A stretch of 64,000 nucleotides of DNA, taken from the NCBI GenBank assembly GCA_018062625.1, contig JAGORV010000001.1, positions 33,887 to 97,886 on the forward strand, given 5' to 3'. This document shows positions 36,633-45,239 of the stretch, piece by piece. The notes under the pieces were generated by a model. It saw nothing but the letters and a program-made list of their open reading frames with translations. It was not told where the DNA came from and ran no database searches. The position numbers were made by a program, and so were the translations under genes. This DNA comes from Candidatus Woesebacteria bacterium (GTDB lineage Bacteria; Patescibacteriota; Microgenomatia; UBA10105; UBA927). Each line of letters opens with the position of its first letter. Position 1 is the stretch's first letter.

Positions 36633-38375
36633 ATGCGAACTAGTGTGACATGGCAAATAGGAGGAGAGGCTGGGTTCGGTATAATTTCTGCCGGAACTAT
36701 GTTTGCGCGTACTTTTACACGTACAGGATATTTTACGTTTACCACAAATGATTACCCCTCTTTGATTCGCGGTGGTCACAATGTAGTAAAAGTTCGGATT
36801 GCAACGAAAAAGTTCATGGGTATGAATCGAGATCTGCATTTACTAGTCGCTTTAAATGCTGAATCTGTGGAAAAACACGCAGAAGCGCTTAGTGAGAATG
36901 CACTGGTGATATATGATCCCAAAGACAAAGAATGGACTGCCAATGATTTTCCCAAGCCGGTGCATTTGCTTCCTATACCACTTCGAGACATAATCACCAG
37001 TTTGAGTGCAGATATCGTGATGCGAAACACAGTGGCGCTGGGTGCTTCTGTAGCGCTGCTTGGTGCTCCGTTTGAAAGTTTTGTACATGTGCTTGAAGGA
37101 CAATTCCTGCATAAAGGCCAAGAAGTGGTTGATGAAAATGTAAAAATTGCCAAGGCTGGATACGATTATGTGAAAGAACATTTTGCGACAGAAACATCGT
37201 TACATCTAGATACAGGTTCATTCAACGAAAAAATTGCCATAGTAAATGGTAGCGAAGCACTTGGGCTTGGAGCGGTGCGAGCAGGGCTCAAATTTGCAGC
37301 TATCTATCCCATGACACCCATAAATTCTCTTATCACGTTTTTAGCGGATCATGCCAAGCGACTGGGACTGGTGTACAAGCAGCCAGAAGATGAAATTGCA
37401 GGAATAAATATGGCGATTGGCGCATCAGTCGCTGGGGTGCGAAGTATGGTTGCTACAAGTGGTGGAGGATTTGCCCTCCAAGTAGAAGGCTTGTCATTGG
37501 CGGGAATGGTGGAAGTACCCCTAGTCATCGATATGGGTATGAGGGTAGGCCCAGCAACAGGTATGCCCACATATACAGAGCAAGGAGAATTGCTTTTTGT
37601 CACATTTGCAGGACACGGAGATTTCCCTCGCATAGTTCTGGCCCCAGGAGATGCAGAGGAAGCATATTCGTTGACGAGACTCGCATTTGAAATGGCAGAT
37701 AAATATCAGATTCCGGTATTTGTACTTACCGACAAATATCTTAATGAAAGCCAGTGGAGTTTGCCTGTATCAGTGCTAGAGAAACCAGTGCCTATTGATC
37801 GTGGCAAGCTTATATTGGGCGATACGGGAAAGGCAGACGGAGAATTTCAACGATATGATGCATCAGTATCTGATGGTGTGTCTCCAAGAAGCGTACCAGG
37901 GACGAAAAATGGTGTGTATTATGCCAACTCATATGAGCATGACGGCACAGGTCACATGACCGATACAGCAGAAGGTCGCATACTCATGTCGGATAAAAGA
38001 CTTCGAAAAGCAGAAGCGATGAAGCACGATATTCCAGTCCCTCCAGTTTTTGGTGATTTGGATGCTGATGTTACACTCGTTTGTTGGGGTTCTACCAAGG
38101 GCGCAGTACTAACCGCCATGGAAATGCTTCAAGCAAACGGTAAGAAGGTCTCTGTACTCTACATGAACTGGTTATATCCATTTCCTTCAACAGAAGTAGC
38201 CGCGCAGCTTGCGCGCGCTAAGCGAGTTATTGATGTTGAGCAAAATGCCACAGCGCAACTTGCGACACTTATACGTATGAGTACGGGTTATGAAATAAAA
38301 GAAAAGATATTAAAATATGATGGTCGACCTCTGTTACCTGAGGAAATCATCGAACGAATTGGAGACATTACTTAA
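36633..38375 (+). CDS. 2-oxoacid:ferredoxin oxidoreductase, fused gamma-alpha subunit
   Basis: The gamma-domain N-terminus (GGEAGFGIISAG...DYPSLIRGGH) is followed by an alpha domain (YPMTPIN). Confidence 0.85.
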   Translation: MRTSVTWQIGGEAGFGIISAGTMFARTFTRTGYFTFTTNDYPSLIRGGHNVVKVRIATKKFMGMNRDLHLLVALNAESVEKHAEALSENALVIYDPKDKEWTANDFPKPVHLLPIPLRDIITSLSADIVMRNTVALGASVALLGAPFESFVHVLEGQFLHKGQEVVDENVKIAKAGYDYVKEHFATETSLHLDTGSFNEKIAIVNGSEALGLGAVRAGLKFAAIYPMTPINSLITFLADHAKRLGLVYKQPEDEIAGINMAIGASVAGVRSMVATSGGGFALQVEGLSLAGMVEVPLVIDMGMRVGPATGMPTYTEQGELLFVTFAGHGDFPRIVLAPGDAEEAYSLTRLAFEMADKYQIPVFVLTDKYLNESQWSLPVSVLEKPVPIDRGKLILGDTGKADGEFQRYDASVSDGVSPRSVPGTKNGVYYANSYEHDGTGHMTDTAEGRILMSDKRLRKAEAMKHDIPVPPVFGDLDADVTLVCWGSTKGAVLTAMEMLQANGKKVSVLYMNWLYPFPSTEVAAQLARAKRVIDVEQNATAQLATLIRMSTGYEIKEKILKYDGRPLLPEEIIERIGDIT

Positions 38376-38378
38376 CCT

Positions 38379-39245
38379 ATGACACCACCACTCTCTGCGC
38401 AAAGTTATAATACAGGCTTTCTTCCATCTTGGTGCCCTGGATGTGGAGATTTTGGTATTTGGAAATCATTACAAGGTGCGTTTGCAAAAGTCGGTATAGC
38501 TCCTGATCAAGGATTAGTAGTGTATGGGATAGGGTGTCACGGAAACATGTACGACTGGATGAAGATGTATGGATTTATAGGTCTTCATGGTCGTACGCTC
38601 CCTGTAGCGCAAGGCGCTAAGCTCGCCAATCATACGCTCCCCGTTGTCATTGTGTCGGGAGATGGTGATGCTCTGGGCGAAGGGGGAAATCATTTCATTC
38701 ATGCGGCAAAAAGAAATCCTGATCTGACTGTAATTTTGCATGACAATCAAGTCTATGGATTGACCACGGGTCAAGCAGCTCCAACAGCCAAAGCAGGGTT
38801 TAAAACAAAATCTACACCAGAAGGTGTAACCGACGAGCCACTTAGTCCGTTGGCATTAGCAATTACTGCAGGGGCCACATTTGCTGCGCGAGGGTTTGCT
38901 GGGGATTTACCAGGACTCACTGAAATTATGGCAGCAGCTATTGCGCATAAAGGCTTCTCTGTCGTTGATGTGTTGCAGCCATGTGTGACGTTTGATAAAG
39001 TGCATACATATCAGTGGTACAGACAGCGATTGTACAAACTCGCAGAAGAAGGATACGTGCCTGACACAAGATTGAAAGCGATAGAAAAAGCTGTTGAGTG
39101 GGGAGATAAAATTCCTCTTGGAATTTTTTATAAAGAAGATAAACCAACAAGTGAAGATCGTGAACCAGCATTAGCCTCGGGGCCATTGGTTAGTTTGCCA
39201 CTCGAAATATCTAACTTGGATGGTCTGATCAATGAGTTCGTGTAA
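38379..39245 (+). CDS. 2-oxoacid:ferredoxin oxidoreductase beta subunit (TPP-binding)
   Basis: WCPGCGDFG and the GDGDALGEGGNH TPP motif. Confidence 0.85.
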   Translation: MTPPLSAQSYNTGFLPSWCPGCGDFGIWKSLQGAFAKVGIAPDQGLVVYGIGCHGNMYDWMKMYGFIGLHGRTLPVAQGAKLANHTLPVVIVSGDGDALGEGGNHFIHAAKRNPDLTVILHDNQVYGLTTGQAAPTAKAGFKTKSTPEGVTDEPLSPLALAITAGATFAARGFAGDLPGLTEIMAAAIAHKGFSVVDVLQPCVTFDKVHTYQWYRQRLYKLAEEGYVPDTRLKAIEKAVEWGDKIPLGIFYKEDKPTSEDREPALASGPLVSLPLEISNLDGLINEFV

Positions 39246-39283
39246 ATGTAACAAGAAAAATCTTCAAAAGGCAAAAATGAGGG

Positions 39284-39312
39284 GTTGACTAAAAAATTAG
39301 CACTTGCTATAC
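39284..39312 (+). promoter_or_regulatory. sigma-70-type promoter of lon
   Basis: TTGACT (39284-39289), a 17-nt spacer, then TATACT (39307-39312). It lies 34 nt upstream of the lon ATG. Confidence 0.55.
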
Positions 39313-39322
39313 TTGACTGCTA
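39296..39322. promoter_or_regulatory. CIRCE (HrcA operator) inverted repeat
   Basis: TTAGCACTT-N9-GACTGCTAA versus consensus TTAGCACTC-N9-GAGTGCTAA: 16 of 18 positions match and the 9-nt spacer is exact. It overlaps the -10 box. Confidence 0.7.
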
Positions 39323-39345
39323 ATTGACCTATTTATAAAAAAATT

Positions 39346-41769
39346 ATGACACTACCACTCGATAGTTCACAACAAGTTCTTCCAGTAGTTCCGATTCGCG
39401 ACGGTATAGTATTTCCAGGGACAGAAATGATTCTCACATTTGGTAGACAGCGCTCTGTCTCAGCCATAGAAGCCGCACAAAGTGCGGGTCGACGTATTGT
39501 GTTGGTCATGCAACGAAACTCAAATATAAATGATCCGACCCCAAGCGATCTGTATGAGACCGGAACAGTCGGAGAGATCGTGCAAATGATGCGAAACGAA
39601 GGCGAGATCAATGCGCTTGTGCGTGGAGTATCCAAAGTTGAACTTACTTCATTTGAGGCTGTAGAGCCATACTTTGTCGCACGAGTCGCTGAGCTTGCTG
39701 ACGTCATCGAAGACGATGAAGAAACCAAGGCATTGTTTAATCATCTTACCGGACAACTTCGAAGTGCAGTAAAGCTCGGTAAGACCATGGATTTTTTGAC
39801 ATTTATGAACATCATGAGCGGTATGTCTCCACAGACATTATCCTTTCAGGTGGCTGGGGTTCTCGATATCAAGCCTAGTGAACGACAGGAGTTACTACAA
39901 GTGACGTCTGTTAAGGAGCGATTGGAGAAAGAGGTAGCCTATTTGTCCAAGGAAGTAAAAGTGCTTGATCTCGAACACAAGATAGCGACCAAAACGCAGG
40001 AAAAGTTTGAAAAAAATGTCCGTGAGCAAGTTCTTCGTGAGCGCATCAAAACCATTGAGACTGAGTTGGGCGAGAATGAAGAAAATAAAGAAACGAAAGA
40101 ATTGGCAGATAAAATTAAAAAAGCAGGTATGCCACCTGATGTGCGGGCAAAAGCAGAAAAAGAGTTGCGACGCTTGGCACAGATGTCTCAATACAATCCC
40201 GAGTCTTCCTATGTGCGTACATATTTAGATTGGCTCGTCGAACTTCCGTGGTCGGTCGCCAGTACCAATAGTGTAAACATAGTTGAAGCAGAAAAAGTTC
40301 TTGATCAAGATCATTATGGATTGGCGAAAGTGAAAGAGCGCATCATGGAATTTCTCGCTGTCATGAAGCTTCGCACACGTCAGATAGAAGAGGAAGAAAA
40401 AGCAGCACCAACCAAATCTACCGATACCGACAAGAAAAAGAGTAAAGCAGTGGCTCCAACTATTTTATGTTTTGTAGGACCACCGGGAGTCGGAAAGACC
40501 TCTATAGGCAAGTCTATAGCACGATCTTTGGGTCGCAAGTTTGTAAAAATGTCACTGGGTGGAATCCGTGATGAAGCAGAAATTCGTGGACACCGAAGAA
40601 CATATGTAGGGGCTATGCCAGGACGCATTATCCAAGGGATTAAGCAAGCGGGAACAAAAAATCCAGTCTTTATGTTGGATGAAATAGACAAAGTTGGGAC
40701 AGATTTTCGTGGTGATCCATCCTCTGCACTTCTTGAGGCATTGGATCCTGAACAAAACAATGCCTTCTCTGATCACTATTTAGAAGCACCGTTTGATTTG
40801 TCTGACGTATTTTTTATCACCACGTGTAATCAGTTGGATACCATCCCGCCTGCACTTCGAGATCGTCTAGAGATTATCCGATACGCAGGATATACAGAAG
40901 ATGAGAAGTTCCACATAGCTCGTGACTTTCTGTTTGAAAAACAGCGTGAGATAAATGGAATTCCAAAAGACGTGGTCAAGTTATCCGAAGAAGCAATTCG
41001 TGAGATTATCCGTAAATACACCAGAGAAGCGGGAGTGCGGAGTTTAGAACGACAAGTAGCTACCGTATTTCGAAAAGTAGCGAAAAAAATTGCCGATACG
41101 GATGAAAAAAAGATCACCGCCATATCTCTAAAGCCAGATGACTTGCAAAAATATTTGGGTCCGTACAAGTTTAGTTCCACGCTAGCAGAGAAAAAGGATG
41201 AAGTAGGTATGTCTACAGGACTTGCTTGGACTGAGGCAGGAGGAGATATTCTCTTTATTGAAGTAGCACTTATGCCCGGACGTGGTTCTCTGATTCTCAC
41301 AGGTCAACTAGGCGATGTGATGAAAGAGTCCGCTCAGGCAGCACTTTCCTATGCCAGAAGTCGATGGAAAGAATTAGGTCTTGCTGAGAAGTTTTATCAG
41401 AAGCTCGATATCCATGTGCATGTGCCAGAAGGCGCAGTGCCCAAAGACGGTCCTTCTGCTGGGGCGGCTATCGCAACAGCAATTGTTTCTGCCCTTACCA
41501 AAAAACCAGTTCAACGAACGGTTGCAATGACTGGTGAAGTGACGCTTCGAGGGCGAGTGCTTGAGATAGGGGGAGTGAAGGAAAAGGTTATAGCAGCACA
41601 CCGCGCAGGAATCAAACAAGTGATTTTGCCAAAGAACAACAAAAAAGATTTGGAAGATATTCCAAAAGTAGTACTTGCTGATTTGAAGTTTCATTTCGCA
41701 GAATCTATGGATGATGTGCTTCCTATTGCTATTCCAACATCTCTGAAACCAAAAAAGAAGAAAGTGTAA
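39346..41769 (+). CDS. lon: ATP-dependent Lon protease (LonA)
   Basis: 807 aa. LON N-domain, Walker [10 protein letters not shown], Walker B FMLDEIDK, and protease Ser in PKDGPSAG. Confidence 0.95.
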   Translation: MTLPLDSSQQVLPVVPIRDGIVFPGTEMILTFGRQRSVSAIEAAQSAGRRIVLVMQRNSNINDPTPSDLYETGTVGEIVQMMRNEGEINALVRGVSKVELTSFEAVEPYFVARVAELADVIEDDEETKALFNHLTGQLRSAVKLGKTMDFLTFMNIMSGMSPQTLSFQVAGVLDIKPSERQELLQVTSVKERLEKEVAYLSKEVKVLDLEHKIATKTQEKFEKNVREQVLRERIKTIETELGENEENKETKELADKIKKAGMPPDVRAKAEKELRRLAQMSQYNPESSYVRTYLDWLVELPWSVASTNSVNIVEAEKVLDQDHYGLAKVKERIMEFLAVMKLRTRQIEEEEKAAPTKSTDTDKKKSKAVAPTILCFVGPPGVGKTSIGKSIARSLGRKFVKMSLGGIRDEAEIRGHRRTYVGAMPGRIIQGIKQAGTKNPVFMLDEIDKVGTDFRGDPSSALLEALDPEQNNAFSDHYLEAPFDLSDVFFITTCNQLDTIPPALRDRLEIIRYAGYTEDEKFHIARDFLFEKQREINGIPKDVVKLSEEAIREIIRKYTREAGVRSLERQVATVFRKVAKKIADTDEKKITAISLKPDDLQKYLGPYKFSSTLAEKKDEVGMSTGLAWTEAGGDILFIEVALMPGRGSLILTGQLGDVMKESAQAALSYARSRWKELGLAEKFYQKLDIHVHVPEGAVPKDGPSAGAAIATAIVSALTKKPVQRTVAMTGEVTLRGRVLEIGGVKEKVIAAHRAGIKQVILPKNNKKDLEDIPKVVLADLKFHFAESMDDVLPIAIPTSLKPKKKKV

Positions 41770-41772
41770 AGA

Positions 41773-42717
41773 TTAGGGTTTGAGATAGTCGTAGACAAGC
41801 TTTGATACTTTTGCCATAAGTTCTTCTGTAGTCGGATCATCATCGACATCTGTCGTAAAAATACCGATATAGTAGGTGAGTTTTCCATCTGTGACAATTC
41901 CTACATCATGTATAGTACGCACCTCAGTGCCGATCTTGTGGTATACGGTAACGCCATCAGGTAATTTGTCTGGTAGGCGTTTTTCAAAATCGGTATCTTT
42001 CATAAACGAAAGCATTTCTAAAGTTTGTGCATGGTTGGTCACTTTTTCTTCATATATTTTTCGCATAAGTAATGCCATGTCTTTGTTTGATGTTTTATTG
42101 TTTACCATATCTGTCTGAGGCATACCCCAAAGTTCTAGTACTTGAGCAAGTCTCTCAAAACCTATGATTTCGGTGGCGAGGATATAGGCAGCTGTGTTGT
42201 CACTTTGTTTCATCATGAGGCGTGCCAAGGTTTTTAGTGAATATGTGGTTCCGGGAGAGTCATAACGAATAGATCCTGTACCATAGTCTTGGATTTCGTT
42301 TGCTTGCAGTGTGATCACTTGATCGAGATCTATGTCTCCTTTTTGGGCATAGTAGTACAGTGCAGCGAGGATAGGTACTTTGTTTACCGAAGCCCCAGTA
42401 AAAATTTCTGCTTCACTTATCTCTACCTTAAATGGTTCAGAAAAATCATCTACCATGACGGAGTAGTTGTCCCAATTATCTCCAATAAGTTCGTTTATTT
42501 TGTCTGTGAGGTCATCAGCATTTCTTTTTTTGGTAAAGAATGGGATGGTGATATGAGTTGCGGCTTTGACTTCGACATCAGGAAGTGGGGAGATGATTGT
42601 GGGTTCTTTGGGTTGGATAAGACGGTATACCCACCAACAAATAAGGAGCAAGATGATCAACAAAAAAAATCGTTGTCTACGTTTGCTTCGATGTAATTTT
42701 GTTGAGGCTAACTCCAT
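41773..42717 (-). CDS. membrane-anchored class A beta-lactamase-like serine hydrolase
   Basis: SVNK (SxxK), SDN and HKIGT (a KTG-like triad). N-terminal TM anchor. Confidence 0.65.
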   Translation of the reverse strand: MELASTKLHRSKRRQRFFLLIILLLICWWVYRLIQPKEPTIISPLPDVEVKAATHITIPFFTKKRNADDLTDKINELIGDNWDNYSVMVDDFSEPFKVEISEAEIFTGASVNKVPILAALYYYAQKGDIDLDQVITLQANEIQDYGTGSIRYDSPGTTYSLKTLARLMMKQSDNTAAYILATEIIGFERLAQVLELWGMPQTDMVNNKTSNKDMALLMRKIYEEKVTNHAQTLEMLSFMKDTDFEKRLPDKLPDGVTVYHKIGTEVRTIHDVGIVTDGKLTYYIGIFTTDVDDDPTTEELMAKVSKLVYDYLKP

Positions 42718-42903
42718 GAAAAAATATATTGAGCAGTGTAAATACGATTAGGCAGTGGAAATTATAGCATGTTTGGGCTGAAGTGACGCTGAAAAATTAT
42801 GCACGCTTATGAATGATTGTTTAAATATGATTTTGTGACAAGAAAATGCATAGAGTTGCAGTCTTTAGAACCTCAGGCTAAAAATGATACAATAAGGCTC
42901 GCC

Positions 42904-42977
42904 GCCCCCATCGTCTAGCGGCCTAGGACGGTTCCTTCTCAAGGAACAAATCGCGGGTTCGAATCCCACTGGGGGTA
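42904..42977 (+). tRNA. tRNA-Glu (anticodon CUC)
   Basis: Hand-folded. Acceptor GCCCCCA/TGGGGGT (G1-U72 wobble). D stem GTCT/GGAC. Anticodon stem GTTCC/GGAAC with loop TTCTCAA. T arm GCGGG-TTCGAAT-CCCAC with one C-A mismatch. 74 nt, no CCA. Confidence 0.85.
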
Positions 42978-42981
42978 CTAG

Positions 42982-43011
42982 AAAAAATCCAGCATGCATG
43001 CTGGATTTTTT
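42982..43011. terminator. perfect 30-nt palindromic intrinsic terminator after tRNA-Glu
   Basis: AAAAAATCCAGCATG/CATGCTGGATTTTTT. Confidence 0.7.
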
Positions 43012-43018
43012 GTACTCC

Positions 43019-43104
43019 CTCGGGTTCAACCCTTTGGGTACGCGCCCATCACGACGCGAAGCGGAGTGAGAAGTACTCTTGGGGTAAATCCCACTGGGGG
43101 TACT
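43019..43104 (+). repeat. decayed and exact copies of the tRNA-Glu 3' end
   Basis: 43087-43104 is an exact 18-nt copy of 42962-42979 (AATCCCACTGGGGGTACT), and the similarity extends into GGGGT. 43019-43041 (CTCGGGTTCAACCCTTTGGGTAC) is a degenerate copy of CGCGGGTTCGAATCCCACTGGGGGTAC. Confidence 0.65.
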
Positions 43105-43107
43105 CAT

Positions 43108-43137
43108 AAAAAATCCGATTTCTTGTCGGATTTTTTT
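43108..43137 (+). terminator. second intrinsic terminator following the repeated tRNA 3' end
   Basis: AAAAAATCCGA-tttcttg-TCGGATTTTTTT. It has the same AAAAAATCC...GGATTTTTT frame as the first terminator. Confidence 0.6.
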
Positions 43138-43205
43138 ATGACTATTCTTGTTGAGAACCCGCTTGCAGGTCCGCAGCCCAAATTATTTCTTGCTATAATC
43201 TTCTC

Positions 43206-43475
43206 ATGTCGACACTTTCAGAATTAGAATCGCGTATAAAAACTATAGAAGATAGAAACGCTTCTGTGGAGCTAGATAAGTTGTGGGAAACAAGCTTGTT
43301 GCGCAAAGTACTTTTGATGGTGTTCACATACATCTCGCTGGGTCTGTATATGTATGCGATTGGAGTCGAAAATCCGTGGGTGAATGCAGTCGTGCCAACG
43401 ATTGGATTTTTCTTGTCTACGCTTACACTGCCTATATTTAAAACATATTGGAAACATCATCTTTATAAAAAATAA
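43206..43475 (+). CDS. small two-TM membrane protein, unknown function
   Basis: 89-aa ORF with two hydrophobic helices after a charged N-terminus. Confidence 0.4.
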   Translation: MSTLSELESRIKTIEDRNASVELDKLWETSLLRKVLLMVFTYISLGLYMYAIGVENPWVNAVVPTIGFFLSTLTLPIFKTYWKHHLYKK

Positions 43476-43518
43476 AATAGGCTCTTTGCAACAATTGTTG
43501 GATTGATATAATCATTCT

Positions 43519-43830
43519 ATGAAAGCATTTATAATCTTGGTGTTGGTTGTGGGTGTTCTCGGCGGTGCAGGATTTTTTGGATATAAATATCTCGCTCGAC
43601 CAACTGCTGAGCCTACAAGTTCTGAGACAGCGCAAACAGTTACACTCGAGGGAAAACTTATGACAGGTCGCGGAGATGATTATTCTTATATATTAATCGA
43701 TGGTAACGGAAAGACAGTTGGAATCGCATCGCAGACGATTGAGCTTGGGCAGTATATGGATAAGAACGTTGCGATTACTGGAACGTATTCTGGTACTACA
43801 CTTTACGCATATAGCGTGGTAGAGAAATAA
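43519..43830 (+). CDS. small signal-anchored exported protein, unknown function
   Basis: 103 aa with an N-terminal hydrophobic helix. Confidence 0.4.
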   Translation: MKAFIILVLVVGVLGGAGFFGYKYLARPTAEPTSSETAQTVTLEGKLMTGRGDDYSYILIDGNGKTVGIASQTIELGQYMDKNVAITGTYSGTTLYAYSVVEK

Positions 43831-43842
43831 TTATTTTCGCGC

Positions 43843-44097
43843 TCATTTCACCCATCTGCATCTGCGTTCTCTAGCTGTTTTGATAATTGCCTCCACTTCT
43901 GGCCATGCTGCTTCTAATTTGTTACGTTCGACATATTCTGGAATTTGTTCTGGATGATCGAGCAACCAAAGATCCGCACTGAGCATAGAAAATAGTTGAC
44001 TCGTCAAAATATCTTCTTTGGCCTGACATAGCCTCGGTCGTTCCGCCCGACAATGTGCGCAGAGGCGTGTCTTGGGAATGCGTTCAAAGTCTGACAT
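43843..44097 (-). CDS. hypothetical Cys-containing small protein
   Basis: 84 aa, with CAHC....C near the N-terminus and one Cys near the C-terminus. No family recognised. Confidence 0.35.
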   Translation of the reverse strand: MSDFERIPKTRLCAHCRAERPRLCQAKEDILTSQLFSMLSADLWLLDHPEQIPEYVERNKLEAAWPEVEAIIKTARERRCRWVK

Positions 44098-44107
44098 AAA
44101 ATGGGGA

Positions 44108-44467
44108 TTACTTTACTACTACTTCCAAACGACTATATTTACGTCCATGAAGGACAAACGGATGTGCTTCTCCTATCTGAGCAAAAACAGCATTTTCACC
44201 TTTTGTCATATTTAGTGAGCGTTTTGTTCTACCTAGTGCAGATGCTTGTGGAAACGGAATTTCGAGATTTGATTCTACGTGACTTGGACCCGATAGATAT
44301 GCAGCATCGTCAAACCAAGCCGCAACCAGTCCTTGAGACGATACAGTAATACGATGTTTACTTCTCTCTTGGTATCCAGATATTCCGATGTGAGTAAGAT
44401 TTTTTACTTCTACAATGTGTTTTTTGCTGCGACCGCTTGCTGGTGAGAGTTCTAGATATGTTCGCAT
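44108..44467 (-). CDS. hypothetical protein
   Basis: 119-aa ORF lying 10 nt upstream of the 84-aa ORF on the same strand. No family recognised. Confidence 0.35.
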   Translation of the reverse strand: MRTYLELSPASGRSKKHIVEVKNLTHIGISGYQERSKHRITVSSQGLVAAWFDDAAYLSGPSHVESNLEIPFPQASALGRTKRSLNMTKGENAVFAQIGEAHPFVLHGRKYSRLEVVVK

Positions 44468-44656
44468 AGATAAATTTGTCTTTGGTGCATCATAATATAC
44501 TCTTATTTACAAATCAAATTTAGGGCATTCTATCAGTCTGTTTATAGCATATAGTTATATTGATATGTTTTGTATTTACCTATATATTTGTATTGTGTAA
44601 TACTGCCTTGACAAGGTTTTATAATTTTGAGAAGATCACAAAAGTTAATTGAGACA

Positions 44657-44695
44657 CTTCTCCCTAGTGACGGCACGAATGGGGAGGTTTTTTTT
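44657..44695 (+). promoter_or_regulatory. terminator-like hairpin plus U8 in the greA leader
   Basis: CTTCTCCC (44657-44664) pairs imperfectly with GGGGAGG (44681-44687), with an inner GTG/CAC pair, followed by T8 (44688-44695). GGAGG within the 3' arm is the only SD-like string before the ATG at 44702. Confidence 0.35.
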
Positions 44696-44701
44696 ACGAA
44701 T

Positions 44702-45160
44702 ATGGATAAAAAAGTTATTTTAACCAAAGAAGGTTTAGATACATTAAAAGCCGAACATCAAGAGCTGGTAGAGGTGAAACGCCCAGCCGCTGTTGCACGG
44801 CTTGCCGATGCACGGGATCAAGGAGATTTATCTGAGAATAGTGAGTATTCTTCCGCTAAACAAGATTTGGCATTTATGGACGGCAGAATAGAAGAATTAG
44901 AAGAGATTCTCCATGATGCAAAACTTGTGACATCACACCCGAAAGGATCTGTAGACGTAGGCTGCAAAGTGACGCTCCATATCCATGGTAAAGAAGAAGT
45001 GTTTTCTATCGTAGGGGAATGGGAAGCAGATCCTATGGCTAAAAAAATCTCTCATGAATCACCACTTGGCAAAGCATTGATCGGTAAGAAGGTCGGCGAA
45101 AAAGTAGAAGTAGAGGCGCCGGCGGGCAAAGTTCTCTACAAAGTTTTGCGCATAGAGTAA
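44702..45160 (+). CDS. greA: transcription elongation factor GreA
   Basis: LTKEGLDTLKAEHQELV..RP, DLSENSEYSSAKQ, and a C-terminal FKBP-like domain. The start was moved to 44702. Confidence 0.9.
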   Translation: MDKKVILTKEGLDTLKAEHQELVEVKRPAAVARLADARDQGDLSENSEYSSAKQDLAFMDGRIEELEEILHDAKLVTSHPKGSVDVGCKVTLHIHGKEEVFSIVGEWEADPMAKKISHESPLGKALIGKKVGEKVEVEAPAGKVLYKVLRIE

Positions 45161-45182
45161 TAGGCACAAAAAGACCGTACGT

Positions 45183-45205
45183 ACCCGCCAAAAGGCGGGT
45201 TTTTG
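45183..45205 (+). terminator. greA intrinsic terminator
   Basis: ACCCGCC-aaaa-GGCGGGT followed by TTTT. Confidence 0.75.
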
Positions 45206-45210
45206 GTATG

Positions 45211-45239
45211 TTGACACAATGTAAATATACGTGTATATG
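45211..45239 (+). promoter_or_regulatory. sigma-70-type promoter
   Basis: TTGACA (45211-45216), a 17-nt spacer, then TATATG (45234-45239). Confidence 0.45.

Noticed and set aside
36776-41300. Several 100-156-aa minus-strand ORFs (36776-37153, 36852-37181, 39333-39728, 40380-40760, 40830-41300) opposite the OFOR and lon genes.
   Set aside because: They are antisense to high-confidence genes with biased, Ser/Arg-rich translations. They are treated as non-coding.
43013-43103. An 8-bp terminal stem (GTACTCCC / GGGGGTAC) enclosing about 90 nt, which briefly suggested a long-arm or selenocysteine-type tRNA.
   Set aside because: I could not build D or anticodon arms. The only TCA or CAT triplets in loop-like context lack U33 and a purine at position 37. 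The 3' half is better explained as a duplicated fragment of tRNA-Glu.
42865-43227. An 80-aa minus-strand ORF and a 77-aa plus-strand ORF around tRNA-Glu.
   Set aside because: They overlap the tRNA, both terminator palindromes and the repeat scars. There is no coding evidence.
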